The notes below the pieces were generated by a model, which did no database searches, was not told the DNA's origin, and saw nothing but the letters and a program-made list of their open reading frames with translations. Below, in pieces: positions 12,276-28,134 of a DNA stretch of 64,000 nt. Within the stretch, counting starts at the first letter, position 1. Every line of letters starts with the position of its first letter. The stretch spans positions 257,241-321,240 of the forward strand of contig MU058045.1 of the NCBI GenBank assembly GCA_013265495.1. The letters are read 5' to 3'. The position numbers and the translations under genes were made by a program. This DNA comes from Vicugna vicugna (lineage: Eukaryota).

Positions 12276-13557
12276 GCTCTGCTCCCTTGGGCATGGACAC
12301 CAGATGGACTGAGGGCCTGGCCACGTGGGACCAAGCAGAGCCAGCACAAGGCCCTGACGGTATTTTCCCACCTGGGGAGAGCCTGCTGATGGCAGATGCA
12401 GGAGGCGCCCAGGATCGGGCACTGGTGAGCGTCTCCTCACCCTGCCCCTCGGTCTCTGAGGGCACAAGCCCCTTGGCCGGGTCATAGAAGGATGCGGTCC
12501 ACTCTGCCCACCACATTCCCAACTGAGAGGAGGGCTTGGAGGAACAGAGCTGCTATGCTTCATACCCACAGGAAGCTGCTATTGCTACAGAGAATGAGCA
12601 AGTGGACACATCGGGCCAAGGGAACAGCCATCCTGAACTGCCATCAGCTGCCACCCTGGGCTCTGTGGGAGCAGCCATCTTGGATGATGGGAACAGGATG
12701 ACTTGGGGCATGTGGCCTCAACTACCTTGGCTTGGTTTGGGGCCATCATGATGATAAAAGTTGCTCTCTTAGACTCAAGGACACGTGATCCTAGCAGCTT
12801 GGACTATGAGATGGGCCAGCTCCCTCCCAGCCCAGCTGTCATATTTCCCTTTCTTTCTTCCCACACAGACTATTTCTTCTACCCTCTCCCATCACATACA
12901 TCTTCCAATGTCCAAAAAGTTACAAAGTTTATATGAATATAACATACAAAGATGCAGCCTCCTTCCTAGGGCAGGGGAAGGGAGGGGTGGTTCAGTAAGG
13001 CACAGGAAGTTGCAGCAAGCACCAGCTGTGGGAGGAAGTTGGCCCTGGGCCCTAGGCCCTACGACTGTTGGTGGGGAGGTGGGGATCCCCTCAGAGTGCC
13101 ATGGTCTGGGGCCGAACTAATTGCCAAGCTGATGCGGGGAAGAGGGCATGGCTGCCATCTTTGGTGCTGCTTAACCTTCCCCACCCCAGCCCTGTCATAG
13201 AGCCCCAGAGCCCTGCATTCCAGAGGCCTTGCCTGGAGCAGAGGCTCGGGAAGGGAGTGGGAGGCAGTGGGTAGGGAAAGTTCAGAAGCCGACATGCCTG
13301 TGTGCTGAGGGACGGCTGGACACTGGTGGGAGGCAGCAGGGAAGGGCTCGCATACATACGCTTCTATAGGGGCCACAAGTGAAGGAGGCCAGGGGACTAG
13401 GGGAGGAATGGGCCACCACGCCCCCAGCCTCTCGGGCACCCCTGTCTCTTCCCTGAAGCGTACATGGAGGAAAGGGACTGCGTCCAAGGAGGGGTCGGGG
13501 CAGGCGACCATCTTGAATTCTGGTTGATTTGATGGTCTCCTCACCCTGAGGTGGCCT

Positions 13558-16500
13558 CTAACTGGTGACGGCAGAGGGCCCATCGCCTCCTCGCTTCTCG
13601 AAGAACATGTAGTCCTGAGGGGAGGGCACTATGAGCAGGGGATGTGGCTGAGCCAGCCTGGCTCAACTATTACAACCCAGGTCTGGAACCGCAATGCCCC
13701 GTAAAGTCTGTCTCTAACCCTCTCCCAGTAAGAGGCCAAGAAGCGCACAAGCCTCAGAGTGAGAGCAGAGGGGCAGCAGGAAGGAGAGGTGGGGGCAGCC
13801 GACTCACAATGAGGAACGTGGCTCCCAGCAGCACAGCCTTCACCCTCACATCCAGGTCCAGCGGGAACTGCAGGCCAAAGTCGTCTGCATCCGTGAGGGC
13901 TTCTTGGAGCAGCCCCCCCCACTGCTTGCTGATGCGGCCCACACTGCGGGATTCATCCGGAGTCTTCACCTGTCAGGAGAGAGGGAGGGAGGGAGGGAGG
14001 AAGGACCCAACTAGGAAGGATGTGCCTGATCTCACCTGCCTCTGGTCTCACTCCCACAGTCACGGTGGACGAACTGTGAGGGCTCTGCACTTAGCGAACC
14101 CCCCCCCCAAAGCCTTGGGTTTCCATCCGACATCTGGGGAAATTGAGGGACCTGGGGTCACACTGTGAGCACAGAGCAAAAATTAGGATGCAGGCTCGAA
14201 TCTGTTAGTCCTGAAAGGCCACACGTGACAAGTAAACATCAGTGGTGGGAAAAATGGAAGCATGGTACAGTCCAATCTCCTTAGTGGATGGCCAGCTGCT
14301 AGGTTTGTTTTGGTTACTGAAGTCCTGGCTGCCTACAGTTGGTACAATTTGGGCCCTGCACAGAGGAGCCTAGCCAAGTGCACAAGGGAAGCTCCTAAAT
14401 GCCTGGCTTCACCTACCAGCCGGCCAGGCTGCTGGAAGGCTGAGTCTGCCCAAAGGGGGTCCCTGTCCTCTCATCTGCAAGATAGGGAGGGCCCTGTCCA
14501 GCGCTGCATGCAAGCCTCCTCTAGGGTAGATCCAAGCCATCTAGTTGGGGGAAGGGGCAGCAGAAAGTGGCCTCTCTGGGACCAGCAGCAATAGGCCCCA
14601 CCAATGTGGGTGGTAATTCAGGGTGAATCTCAGGTCTTTCTCCTATGCTCATTACCCAGTGGCTAGAGCTAGAGCGATGTCCTTCCCATCCCCTTCCCCA
14701 ACAGTCCTACAGCTCTGGAGCACTTCCTGCAGACCAGGCCCAGGCTGGGCAGGGCCTTTCCCAGACAGCTCTGCCATCCCAAGACTACAGCCCCAAATGT
14801 GGACCATTCATAATTATTTAAAAGGGAGACTGGCCTGATGAGAACCATGCAATCTACATATTCCCATCCAGAGGTCGCCCCTGTATCTCTTTCCCAACCA
14901 GTTCCCATCACAGAACTTGCCCCCCAGCTACCAAGATAACTCAGTTTTTAAAAGTAACCTTAGGTAAGGCACCTCATCAGAAACCTTGGAAAGTCTGCTG
15001 GATTCTACCAGTTGTCTCTCCCTTATCTACACAGGTAATTATCCCTCAAAGTACTCAAGTGCCTTTGTCTTCTAGAAAGGAAGGTGCTTCCCAGGCCGTA
15101 CCCTGAAATGGTCACCACCTGGGTTCTCCAGGCTCCAGGTTGGTGATTGGAATGCATGGTAAGGAAGATTTCACCTGGATTCCAGGCTGGCAGATGGGGT
15201 GATCATTTGGACTTCTAGGCTGGCAGGGCAAGCCACAGGATGTTAACAAGTTAAATTAGTGCTTACTCCAGGGCCTGGGCTCACAGAATCATGCACTGAA
15301 GCCACATGGGCCCAGCCCATGGAACACTCAATTATCATCCTTCACCCTAAATCTAGCCCCACCTTAGATACCTTTCTCCTTCAACACAGCACTTTAGATT
15401 AACAATCAGTATTGGCTCTTAAGATGCAACCCTCTTTGCTAAATTTTTGTAAGACCGTGGGCCATCATATTTCTGAATAGAGGAAAATTGGAAATGTGGT
15501 AGGCATCACAGTGGATTTGGATTTATGAAATCTTGACCATCTTGTTGGCCATCCTGCCTCTTGGATCATCTTGGTTTTACAAAGGTCCCAGGAATCTCCC
15601 ATTTGTCCTGATACCTCAAAATTGGTATCTGTGCCACAGCCACAGGTCCAGCAGGGCCCCACCACTCGCAGGACAGTCTGGCGATCAGCATCCTGGATGG
15701 AGAACTTGGGGATGAAGGGGTGCCAGGTCTGTAGAACATGGCCAATGGTGGTGCCAGGTGGAGCCTGTACTTCCATCTGGAGTGGGAGGCAGACAAGATC
15801 ACTGCCCAGCTGGGGCACCTGGCCCAGACTCTCACCAGTCTAGTTCTATCACCTGTCCCCTCTCACAAAACCTTCCATCCCCTTCATTCGACCACATGTC
15901 ACCCTTCTTACTATTCTTCCCATCCCACCAGCCCACTACCTCCCACCAGAGGCATGCCTCATCCCGTGTCTCATCCCAGGTCCTGCCCCCATTATTGGCC
16001 GCCCATCCAGGCCTGCCCCCTACCTAAGTTTCTCCCTGGTCCCATCCCTCCCCGCCCACCTCCTGGAGGCCACACGGACAGCAGCTGCAGCCACACTGGA
16101 GGGGGCGGATCAGGCGCAGCACCTCTCGGTCCCCGGGGTCCACCAGGCGGACACGCAGGGGCCGGCGGGCTCCACAGCACAGACGAGCACAGCAGTTGCT
16201 CTCCTCTGCCGCCTGACCCAGAGGCTGTCCAGCCCCTGAGCGCAGTTCGTACCGGTTACAAGTCTCCCGGCCCAGGAGCGCTGCCAAAGGGTGACACGCT
16301 GAGGCTTGGGCACCAGCGCCTGCGCAAGAGCCCAATATCTGCCCCCAACACGAGGCCCAATCTACTCCTCCTTCCACTCACTTTCCACCCGCTCAGCCTT
16401 CTGGTGAATCAAGATCTGATCAATCTGGAAAGAGAGTAGGGACACATGCAGATGTCAGCTGGCCGACCTGGATGCCTGGGTCCCCTCCCCATCACTCCTT

Positions 16501-17033
16501 CTTTCCCTCCCTCCCTCCCACTCACCTGCACTAGGAATTCGAGGCCAAAAGGCACTCCTGGCAGTGGCAAGAAGCGGGTAGCCGGCCCCGGGACCCCAGG
16601 GGCGGGTGAGGGGAAGACAGCGAAGCCGGGCGCAGGGGCTGGCACGTGGGCGGGCACTGGCGCCTGCCCCAGCCCGGGCCCAGGATGCAGCGCCGGCTCC
16701 GGGTACCCAGCGGTCACAGGATAGGGAGGTGGGGGCGAAGGGGCGTAGCCTTTTGGGGGCAAGTAGCCTGTAGGGGGACAGGAGTAGGTTAGAAGGAGCC
16801 CCCGACCTCGTCTCTTTACCCCTTAGCCCACGGGCCGCGAGGCTGAGGGGGGAAATGTGGGAAGAGACTGAGAAAGATGGGGCGGGGGAGCAGGGCGGTG
16901 GCTTCCTGGGAGGAAGGGAGGGGCCCCACACAGCCAGTCCGAGCACATTCCCGGAGGATGCGTCCGACACCAGGCTCCCAAGTCTGTGGGGGGATAACGG
17001 AGACCCTCGGGCTTGGACCCACTTACCTGCCAT
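13558..17033 (-). CDS. PLSCR3: Phospholipid scramblase 3, about 297 aa
   Basis: Exons (minus) 17033-17027, 16767-16526, 16424-16382, 16280-16060, 15776-15615, 13969-13808, 13614-13558, total 894 nt. [18 protein letters not shown] start, CGCSCCPC cluster, [12 protein letters not shown]a-binding motif, ends [15 protein letters not shown]. Confidence 0.96.
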
Positions 17034-17850
17034 GGGAAAAGGGCGAGGGTTCGTGGGATGTCGGTGTCCCAGAGGCTTAGTTCTAGAAGTGGAGGCAAGC
17101 TCGGAGACAGCCAGACAGACACAGAGACAGACACAAAGACGGACAGGCAAACGCGGAGAGGCAGCTGCGCCCAGCGCCAGCCCAGGGTCTCTAGGGCGGC
17201 GCGTCTGACTCGGGGAGAAACCGAAAGTGTCAGGTGGCAGGGCGGGGGCCCTGGGACCCTGGATTCCCTCAGGGGCCCCAGAACCGCCCCCTCCCTTTGT
17301 TCTCCCATTTTCCGCGGAGGTGGCTGTTGGCAGACGGCAGGACAGATGGACCCGCGGTCAGACCGACGGCCCGACCTCGAGGGAGGTCTCCGAACCCCTC
17401 TGTGCCCCCAGCTCACCTGAAGACCCTAGAATAGCCCGGGTGCCCAGCACTTGGCTGCTCACGGGAGCTAGTGGAGGCGGGCCCAGGGGATGACTCCGCC
17501 CCGACCCGTCCAGGCCCCGCCCCTCCCGGCCTAAGTGTCGCGCTTGCGCAGAAAGAATGCCGGTTCTCCTGAGGGGCCTCGGACCCCAGGCCACCGACTC
17601 TTCGGCTTAGCTGGCGTGCCCACCTCTTCCGCTCGGATGCAGAAGCCGAGAGGAAGCTCGCCTGGGGAGGGCAGCCGGGTGAGACCAAGCCCTGCGACCC
17701 CCGCCAGGTCTGAGGGCGCAGAGCGCTCAGTGCCCCTGGGTGGGAACCAGGGCCGCTTGCGCGGCGCTGGACCCCAGGCTCCTCCTCCCGAGGGCGGTTC
17801 GGGCCTCGCTGACGCAGCGGAACACCCTGCACACTCACCCACTGGCTTCT
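17034..17850 (-). promoter_or_regulatory. PLSCR3 CpG island / 5' UTR exons and promoter
   Basis: CpG-rich, GC boxes at about 17475-17525, candidate minus-strand donors near 17416 and 17838. Confidence 0.6.
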
Positions 17851-18759
17851 AGGACTGGCTCCTGGCTCCCTTTCTGCCTCCCTGGGGCTACCTCGCCAGT
17901 CTCCTTTCCCTGACGCAAAGGCCCACACAGACATCTTGCAATTACAGTACTTCCTACAAGCGCCCCCAGCCACACAGGGGACAGGCTGCCGGACAGTGTC
18001 AATAATGAGTGTGCGGGAGGTGAGGCTCAGGGGGGCTAGAAGAGGCAGCGCGGTCAGCAGGAAAGGCTTCCAAGAAGAGTCGTTTCACTCGCTTTGTCTG
18101 GGTTCTGAGCCGAGGCCCGCAGGTGTGAGGAAGTCCTGAGCCTTAGGGGCTGAGTGACAAGAGATGAGTTTAGAGAGGGAGTCCAGTCCACGTACGCAGA
18201 GGGCCTTGTGGTAGCTGGGATTTGGGCTCAAGGGCAGAAGGGAGCCCAGTGAAAGATTTTCAGACAGAGGGAGGTCAAATGTTTTAGGAAAACCATTTAA
18301 ACCGCTTGGCAGAGAACAACAGAGGCACCCAGGCTGAGTTGTTGGCAGTATTCTAGGGGAGAGGATATCTGTGAAAGGGTGGATGGACGGAAGTGGCAGA
18401 CTTTGGAGATATCGAGACAATAATATAGAACTTGTTTAGGAGGTGAGATGTGGAGATGAGGAGTCCAGGATGACCCCAGGTGCCTGTCTAGTAACCAGGC
18501 AAATGGAGGTCTCACACATCAAGATAAACTTGGAGAGAAGCACGTTTGGCGGCTCCTTTGTCCCGATGTCCATATTCCTCTGGGCTGGTCCCACAGCTTC
18601 AGTCATCATCTGCTTCAAACCCAAGGGTCTCACCTCTCCCCTGGTATCGCTTAGTGCCTCTGATTCTACCTGGCTCAAACCATGAGCCAGCCACTACCAA
18701 AACAGAGAAATACACAGAAGTTCAATTATTTAACAGAGATTTAGTCAGACAGCATTTAA

Positions 18760-19230
18760 GGTAATAGGTGTATATAGCTGTTTTTTAAGAAATTAACAAA
18801 AACTCCCGATTAGTGGAGAAGAGACAGACAATATACAAAAAATACACCAGAAGTCAGACAGTGACAAGTGCTATAAAGAAAAATAGAACAGGATAAGAAG
18901 GATAGAGAATGGTGGGCAGGAGTTGCAATTTTGAAGAGGGTGGATGAGGAATGCATCACCAAGAAGCCAATGGTTGAGCAAAAGACCTAAAGGCGGTTAA
19001 GGATTAAGGCATGCAGGCTTCTAGGTGTTTCAGGCAGTGGGAACAAGGGCAAAGGCCCTGAGGTAGAAGTGTGCCTTGTTTGTTCGATGAACCAAAAGGC
19101 CAATGAAGCTGGAGTGGAATGAACAAGGGGGGCCGAAGAGAGGTCACTAGAGGCCAGATCACATATGGTCCTGTAGATCATTGTCTTAGATTCTGAGTGA
19201 AATGGGAAATGTTGGCCAGAGACGTATGAG
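18760..19230. mobile_element. L2 LINE fragment
   Basis: AAGTGCTATAAAGAAAAAT...CAAAGGCCCTGAGGTAG...GGCCAGATCACAT motifs typical of L2 3' ends. Confidence 0.5.
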
Positions 19231-19245
19231 ATTTACGTACTGAAA

Positions 19246-19425
19246 CAGTGGTCCTCAATTGTGACCACAAGTTAGAATCATCTGGGGTGCTTTAAAAATA
19301 CCTCTGCCTGAGCTACACTTCACATCAATTAAGTTAGAATATCTGGGGTGAGGTGCAGACACAGGAACTTTTTGAGAATTCCCCAGCATATTTTAAATTG
19401 CAGCTGAGGCTGAGGATGTCTGTGT
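19246..19425. mobile_element. MER5A-like hAT DNA transposon
   Basis: CAGTGGTCCTCAA...TTAGAATCATCTGGGG..CTTTAAAAATA...AGAATATCTGGGG. Confidence 0.6.
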
Positions 19426-21298
19426 TAGAAGGCTTTCTCTCTCTTTCTCTCTCTCTGGCTGTTTCATTGAGTAGGCTGTATGTAGGCAAGGGCAAAAGGA
19501 AGTTCTTGCAAAAAGCTAGATGATATATGATGGTGGTGTGGACCAGGTGCTAGCGTACTAGCAATGGACCTCCCATTGGAGGTGGAGCCCAATGGAGGTG
19601 GTGAGAAATGGTCAGTTTGCAGTTATGTATTTGAGCCAATAGGACTTGATGATGGCTTGGATATAGGCTGCGAGGAAAAGGGAAGTCAAAGTTGACTCAA
19701 GCTTGGCCCAGGAGACCCTTCACTCTTATTGTTTGGTCATTTCCTGCCTGCCCACTACATCCTGAGCTCCAGGCACTCCTGTTCTCCCTCTTGACGAGTC
19801 ACCATTATGATCTTGTCCCTTTTTCCTGGTGAACTATGCGTGCTGAAAACCCAGCAAATGGACCAAAGTCTTAAGCAGTCTCCAAAGGCAAAACAAGCCC
19901 ACTTCAGCATCTACTTGTAACACTAAACACATTGTATCAAATTGTATTTTAAAGGGCCTATCTTCACTGCTGAAATCTGAGTTTCCTGGTTTGTACAAAA
20001 AGGAAAGAATTTAGCTTTGGGAACTGGACAGAAGAGGGTTTGAATCACAGCTTCCTCAGGCCCTAGCTGTATGATACAGAACAAGTTCACCTCTCTTAGC
20101 TTCACTTGTCACTAACTTGCACAACTGCTGAGAAGACTGAACACAGTGCAGAGTAATAATAGGACCAATTATCAAGTGGGCCTTATATATCTTGGTTCCT
20201 TAAGAGTCCAGCCCACTGGCTGGGCCAAAGCAAAGGTATTAGGGATACCTTACATGGACGGTGGTTCCAGGTGTCATGGTCTCCTCCACCTGGAGTTTCC
20301 CTGCGCCCCAGACACTGCCTGAGATGAAGGATGGACATTCTGCAGCACTGGACTGGGAGGTACAAGCCTGGGGATCATGGTGGCTCTGTCACTAGCTCTC
20401 TGGGCTGCTCTGGAGGTCCCCTCTGAGGCCTTATTTTACTTATCTTTAAAACGAAAAACTACTGTGATCCTCTACTAATACACCTCAAGTCATGCCTCCT
20501 CCCTGGATATAAATGCTTCAGTGGCTCCCCATTGCCCTCAGAAGAGAGTCCAACCTCTTGGCACAAGGCACTTCACCCTTTGGCCCCTTCTGTCCTCATC
20601 TTTCTCTATTGACCCTCTCACGATCTTCAAGCCAGCCACCAGGAATTCTTTCAGGCCTCAAGTGCACTGGGCTCTCTCTTGCTTCCAAAGCTCTCACTTT
20701 ATTCTGGTACACACCCCTCTCCCTCCTCACCACCAAACTCCTGCAGGTCTCCACTGAACACTGCTACACTGTACTGCTACAGGGATCTGGAGCTCAGTAG
20801 GGACTAGGATGGGAGATACATTCTGGATTAAAAAGAATGTAGATTGTCATTAAGGTTTTGGGGCCAAATGAGCTTACCTACAAATCCTCTCACTCAGAAA
20901 AATGGTTCCTTTTGAATACATACCTTCAGAAAAATTAAATATGCAGCCCCATCATGCTATACAGCTATCCACATGTTTATAAAACATCCACAAAAATAGA
21001 AATCTTAAAAGGTGAAACAAAACATGTACACATAGTTTTTTTTTTTCACTAAAATTTGCAAACCATTGATTTAAACTGGGTAGATGAGAAGCTGGCAAAG
21101 CAGCCAGAGACAGGGAAGACCAGCAGACTGGTGTCAGGGAAGGAACAGGATGTTTGAGGACAGTGTGGCCAACTGTGTCAAATGCTGCAGAGGCTGAGGA
21201 GGATAAGACTGAAAGTCATCCACTGGGTCTGGCAACCAGGAGGTCCTAGTGATTCATGGGATCCTTCCAAGACATTTAGGGGGAAGAGATGGGATGGA

Positions 21299-21374
21299 AG
21301 AGTAAACTTGAGGCCAGACCTCTCTCCCAAGTGTGGGTTGCAGAGTAAACTTGAGGCCAGACCTCTCTCCCAAG
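21299..21374 (+). repeat. Perfect 33-bp direct repeat with a 10-bp spacer
   Basis: AGAGTAAACTTGAGGCCAGACCTCTCTCCCAAG at 21299-21331 and 21342-21374. Confidence 0.9.
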
Positions 21375-21379
21375 CTCAG

Positions 21380-22280
21380 ATATCTCCCTGAGCTCCCCCA
21401 ACTACCTGCTTAGCGCCTCTGCTGGGATGTCTCTCAGGTCAGAAGCAACATGTCCAAAACTGACCTGATCTGCCCCTGCCTTCAGTGTTACAGCACCTCC
21501 AGCCGACCAGCTGTGTAAACCAGGAATCGCCCTTTCATCCACCTGTTATAGCCAATCCATCAGCAAGTCCTAACAGCACAGTCTTCAAAATATATTCTGA
21601 ATTGGACCTTTTTTCACTACCTCTTTCACCCTCAGCTAAGCCACATCATCATCTCACGCCTGGACCTGTTCAGTGGCCTCCTGACTGGTCTCCCTGTTGC
21701 CATCCTTGCTGTCCTAATTGGTTCTCCAGATTTTTTAAACATATAAATCAGATCCTAGCACTGTCTCTTTAAACCTTTCAATGACTTACTACTGCACTGC
21801 AAATAAAGTCCATCACTGCCTGCAAGGCTGACCCTGGCCATCAGGGACCCCCCTCATCACTACATGTCAGCCACATAGCTTTTGCTCTCTCTCCAACTCA
21901 CCCAATTCTCTCCTGCCTCAAGGATTTCAAACTGCCCCATTTCGGCCTGTTTTACCAGGTATTCTTTCCGCTTAGAATACACGTCCCTTCCACTCTGCCC
22001 ATGGTTAGTTCTGGCTTCAATAGGACCTCCTCTGTGAGGCCTTCCCATCTAATGAGGCACACTCTCTGCTGTTCCATTTTTCCAGCCTCCCTTTCCTTTC
22101 CCTTCAAGCACATAGCACAACTCACAGTGGTATATTTGTGTTTAGTTGTCTGTTTCCACTACAAGATGGGAAATTCCACAAGGGAAAGGATGGTGTCTGT
22201 CTTGCTCACAGTTCATTTCCCTTGTAATGTCTGTCTGTCTGATACATGACCAACATTTGATGAGCACTGGCTTAATAAAT
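21380..22280. mobile_element. L2 LINE fragments
   Basis: ATCATCTCACGCCTGGAC...GCCTCCTGACTGGTCTCCCTG...AAATCAGATC; L2-like pyrimidine-rich pattern. Confidence 0.5.
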
Positions 22281-22955
22281 ATTGCCCCCTAAGGACTGTC
22301 TGGTTCTCTGCTGTGGGTGCTACTCCACCCTGTCTTGCTACCGTTTCTCACTCCTTTTCTGTCTAACTCAGAAACTCATGTGGACTGATGGGCTCATGTA
22401 GCTGCAAACCTCTCCCCTCCCACTACTGTCTTTCTTCACTATGTGTCAGTCACACAACAGAGCTCTTTTTAAGGATCATCTCAAACACTGTGAAGTATTT
22501 TCTGACCCCCAGTACATGATGTTCTGTCCCGGCTGTGAACCCCAAAGTATTCTGTAACTAATGACACTCCTCCTGTCCTGCCTTGCCTTACCCCTGACTT
22601 CTAGAGTAAGTAGGTGCTCAATAAATTTGTGAAATGACAGGGCTGAAAACCTCTACCCTACAGTAATCTAGTATTAATGCTAGTGAGCATCAGAAGCACA
22701 CAATAAACTTATTAAAATATAGATTCCCAGGCCCCGGAGAGGGCCTCAGTAAGAATCTGCATTATTTCAAGCATTCTTTATGACCCTAATGCCCATCGGT
22801 CTGAGAACCTCATAACAGGTTAAGTTGAAGTGAACAGACTCCCACCCAGACCCAAAGCTTCCTGACTCAGTCTTAGGAAAGGGAAGGAGCTCAAAGTCTG
22901 ACAATTCCTACCCTTTCTCCTTCAAGAGGTTAGATAAAAAAAGACTGTAAAGTTC

Positions 22956-22961
22956 TTTATT
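22956..22961 (-). terminator. TMEM256 polyadenylation signal AATAAA
   Basis: TTTATT on the plus strand, about 70 nt past the stop codon. Confidence 0.75.
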
Positions 22962-22976
22962 TGCCTTTCCCTTTTA

Positions 22977-25600
<2,624 letters not shown>

Positions 25601-28134
25601 GTCCACTGGGGTCTCCCTCTCCCCATCTCTCTCCCTGCGCCTGGTTTCCCCCAGCCTGCTCTGTCTGCGTGTCTCCGCCTAGGGATGCTCTCGCGGTGTC
25701 TCTGCGTCTTGGTCTCTTTGTCTCTGCCTCTCTCCAGCCCATGAATGATCCTTTGAATGGGCCCACAGACCCCGTGTGTTCCCATCTCCCCCTCCCCCTC
25801 CTTCTCCCCTTCCCGGCCAAGCCATTTTCCCCACTGCAGGAAGAAGGGGGGGGCCTGCGGCCTGAGCCCCCGTCCCTCAGCTCTACCCGGCTAGGGGAAT
25901 CAGGCCTGGGCAGTAATGGAGAGAGCCAGGCAGAGGGGTAGGGAGAAGAGAGGGAGTAGCAAGATGTGGCAGACAGAGATGGGGAGAGCAGGGGAGAGAA
26001 AATGGGGGAGACAGAGATAGGGAAAGAGAGACAGAAATAGAAGGGGCTTGAGGGAGAAATTTGGGGAAGGGATTTGAAGGCGAGAGAAAGATGAGAAACA
26101 CCAAAGAGGGAGGTGTTGAAGAAAAAGATGAAAAAAGACTGAGGGTCGAGAGACTGAAGGCAAGAGCTGGAGCAAGCTGGAAGAGGCCGTGGAAAGATGC
26201 TCTGAGGGAGCGCTATGGAGAGGAAAGAGATGGGGGGAGGGTTCCAGTGGGAGGGAAGAAGGGAGAGAAGCTGGCAGGGAGGAGGCCAGGGGCCCAAAGT
26301 ATCTTAAGGAAAGAGGGGGTGACAGAGGCAGACCTTGTTAGTGGGGGGGGGAGGGGGCGGCAAGGCCATGGAAGCAGAGCCCAGCCTGACATAGGCAGAG
26401 GAGATTCTGAGGGAGCGAGCCCCAAGCCCCCTCCAGGTGATGGGAGAACAGGAGCTTAAGAGGACCTGAAGAAAGGGAGGGCATGACTGGGTGTGTGTGG
26501 TAAGGATTCCTATGTCCTCATCTCTGGAATAAATTGACACCTGCAGAGAGCCACCCGCGGGCTGGCGCCTGGCTCTGAAAACCCCGCGTCAGCAAACAGC
26601 TCTGGCGGCTTTGCGGGGGGGGGGCGAGTGGGACAGGAGGGGCTTGCTAAGATGACCTGGGTGTCTGCCCCTTCAGTCCGATCTCTTCCCTTGTACTGCC
26701 TCTGCTGACCTGAGCACCCAGGCATCAAGGTAGCAACTGTGGGGGGCTGGCAAGGGGAACGGGAGGTGAATAGCTAGAATGGGATGAGAAGAAGCCAAGG
26801 TTTGTCCCCAGGACATGGGTCAAAATGCCATGCAAGGAAGAAGAGGTGTCTTGGGTTCAAGGCTGTTCAAGACTGTGGGAGGGGAGCCGGTGGTGGGTGC
26901 ATCTGATGCCCCCCAAACCGACCTCAGCACCCCTTCTCCTCAGCTAGAGGCCTGGTCACTAGTGCTAGGCTCTGATTGGCCAACAAGGGGCAAGAGGCGG
27001 ATCTTTTAGGGTTCTCTACGCCCCCGGTCTCCTTCTCCCCTCAACATATATACTTCTTCCCCTATACTAAGGCTGGGGGAAACTCTAGCATTCTGATTCA
27101 CTCCTCTGCTCTCCCCCTCATGCCCTGAATGGACCCCATAACCAACCCAGCCCCTTCCCCTCTTCCTCCAGACCCCCCTCCAGGGTTAAAGCTGCAGCCC
27201 GTTGCCGAGGTAACATTGCGGGACAGCATCCTGTCGCCCAGCAACCGGCTGCAGGATCACGCATCTGTCCCTGGATTTGCCCCTCCAGCATCCCCTCCCT
27301 ATCTGGCCCCTGCCTCAGGGCACATTAACTTTTGAGGGAAGAAATGGAGAGGGCCTGGTGTACAGGGGTCTCCCCTACTGCACAAATCCTTAGAGAATGA
27401 GACATTAAAGAGAGGGGGAGGTGCTGAGCTTGTGCGGTCCCAAGAAAGGACCAAGTCTGGCCTGAGATGGGGGTTCAGTGCCATGAAATTACAGCTCAGG
27501 AGTAATTAACACGTATAAACAAACCCTCCACTTCCTGCTAATTAATGACTTGGTATTTTTATTTTCTCTTCCTTGTCTATCTCATCCCTCCCAGGGAGGT
27601 GGGAACTGGGACTCCTGAGTCCCTGAGGAGAGCCTGCCTGGGAGGGACAGACAGCTGAAAGGGGGCGTACTGGGTTTGGGGAGCTGACTCTCCTTCCTCT
27701 CTGGCTGTGTCCTAGACATTTAAGACATCTTGACCTCATCCCAGCCTCAGACTTTTCTATCTGGGTCCCTGCTGAGGAGGGGAGCGGTGGTTGGGGTGGG
27801 GGGAGGTGCTAAGGGGACTGAGGATGGACGAAGTGGGCAGCTTGGTCTGAATTCCAAGTCACTAACCACTTGTCTCTTCTGTTTCCCCATTCCTGTCTGT
27901 CTTCTCCATCCGATTTCCCTTCCCCTCTTGCACCTCTCCTCTGTATTTTTCTGTCTGTCTGTCCCTCCTCCCCACAGATCGGGCCTGCCTTCACCTTCTC
28001 CCTCTTCCTTCCCCTTCCCCACCCCTCGCCCCCTCCATGGAGAGGAACAGACCCCTTCTCGGTCCAATCTAGCCCAGGTCCCTCCCCACCCCCCTCCTCC
28101 CTCCTTTCCCCCGCCCCCTCCTCCCTCCACTCAG

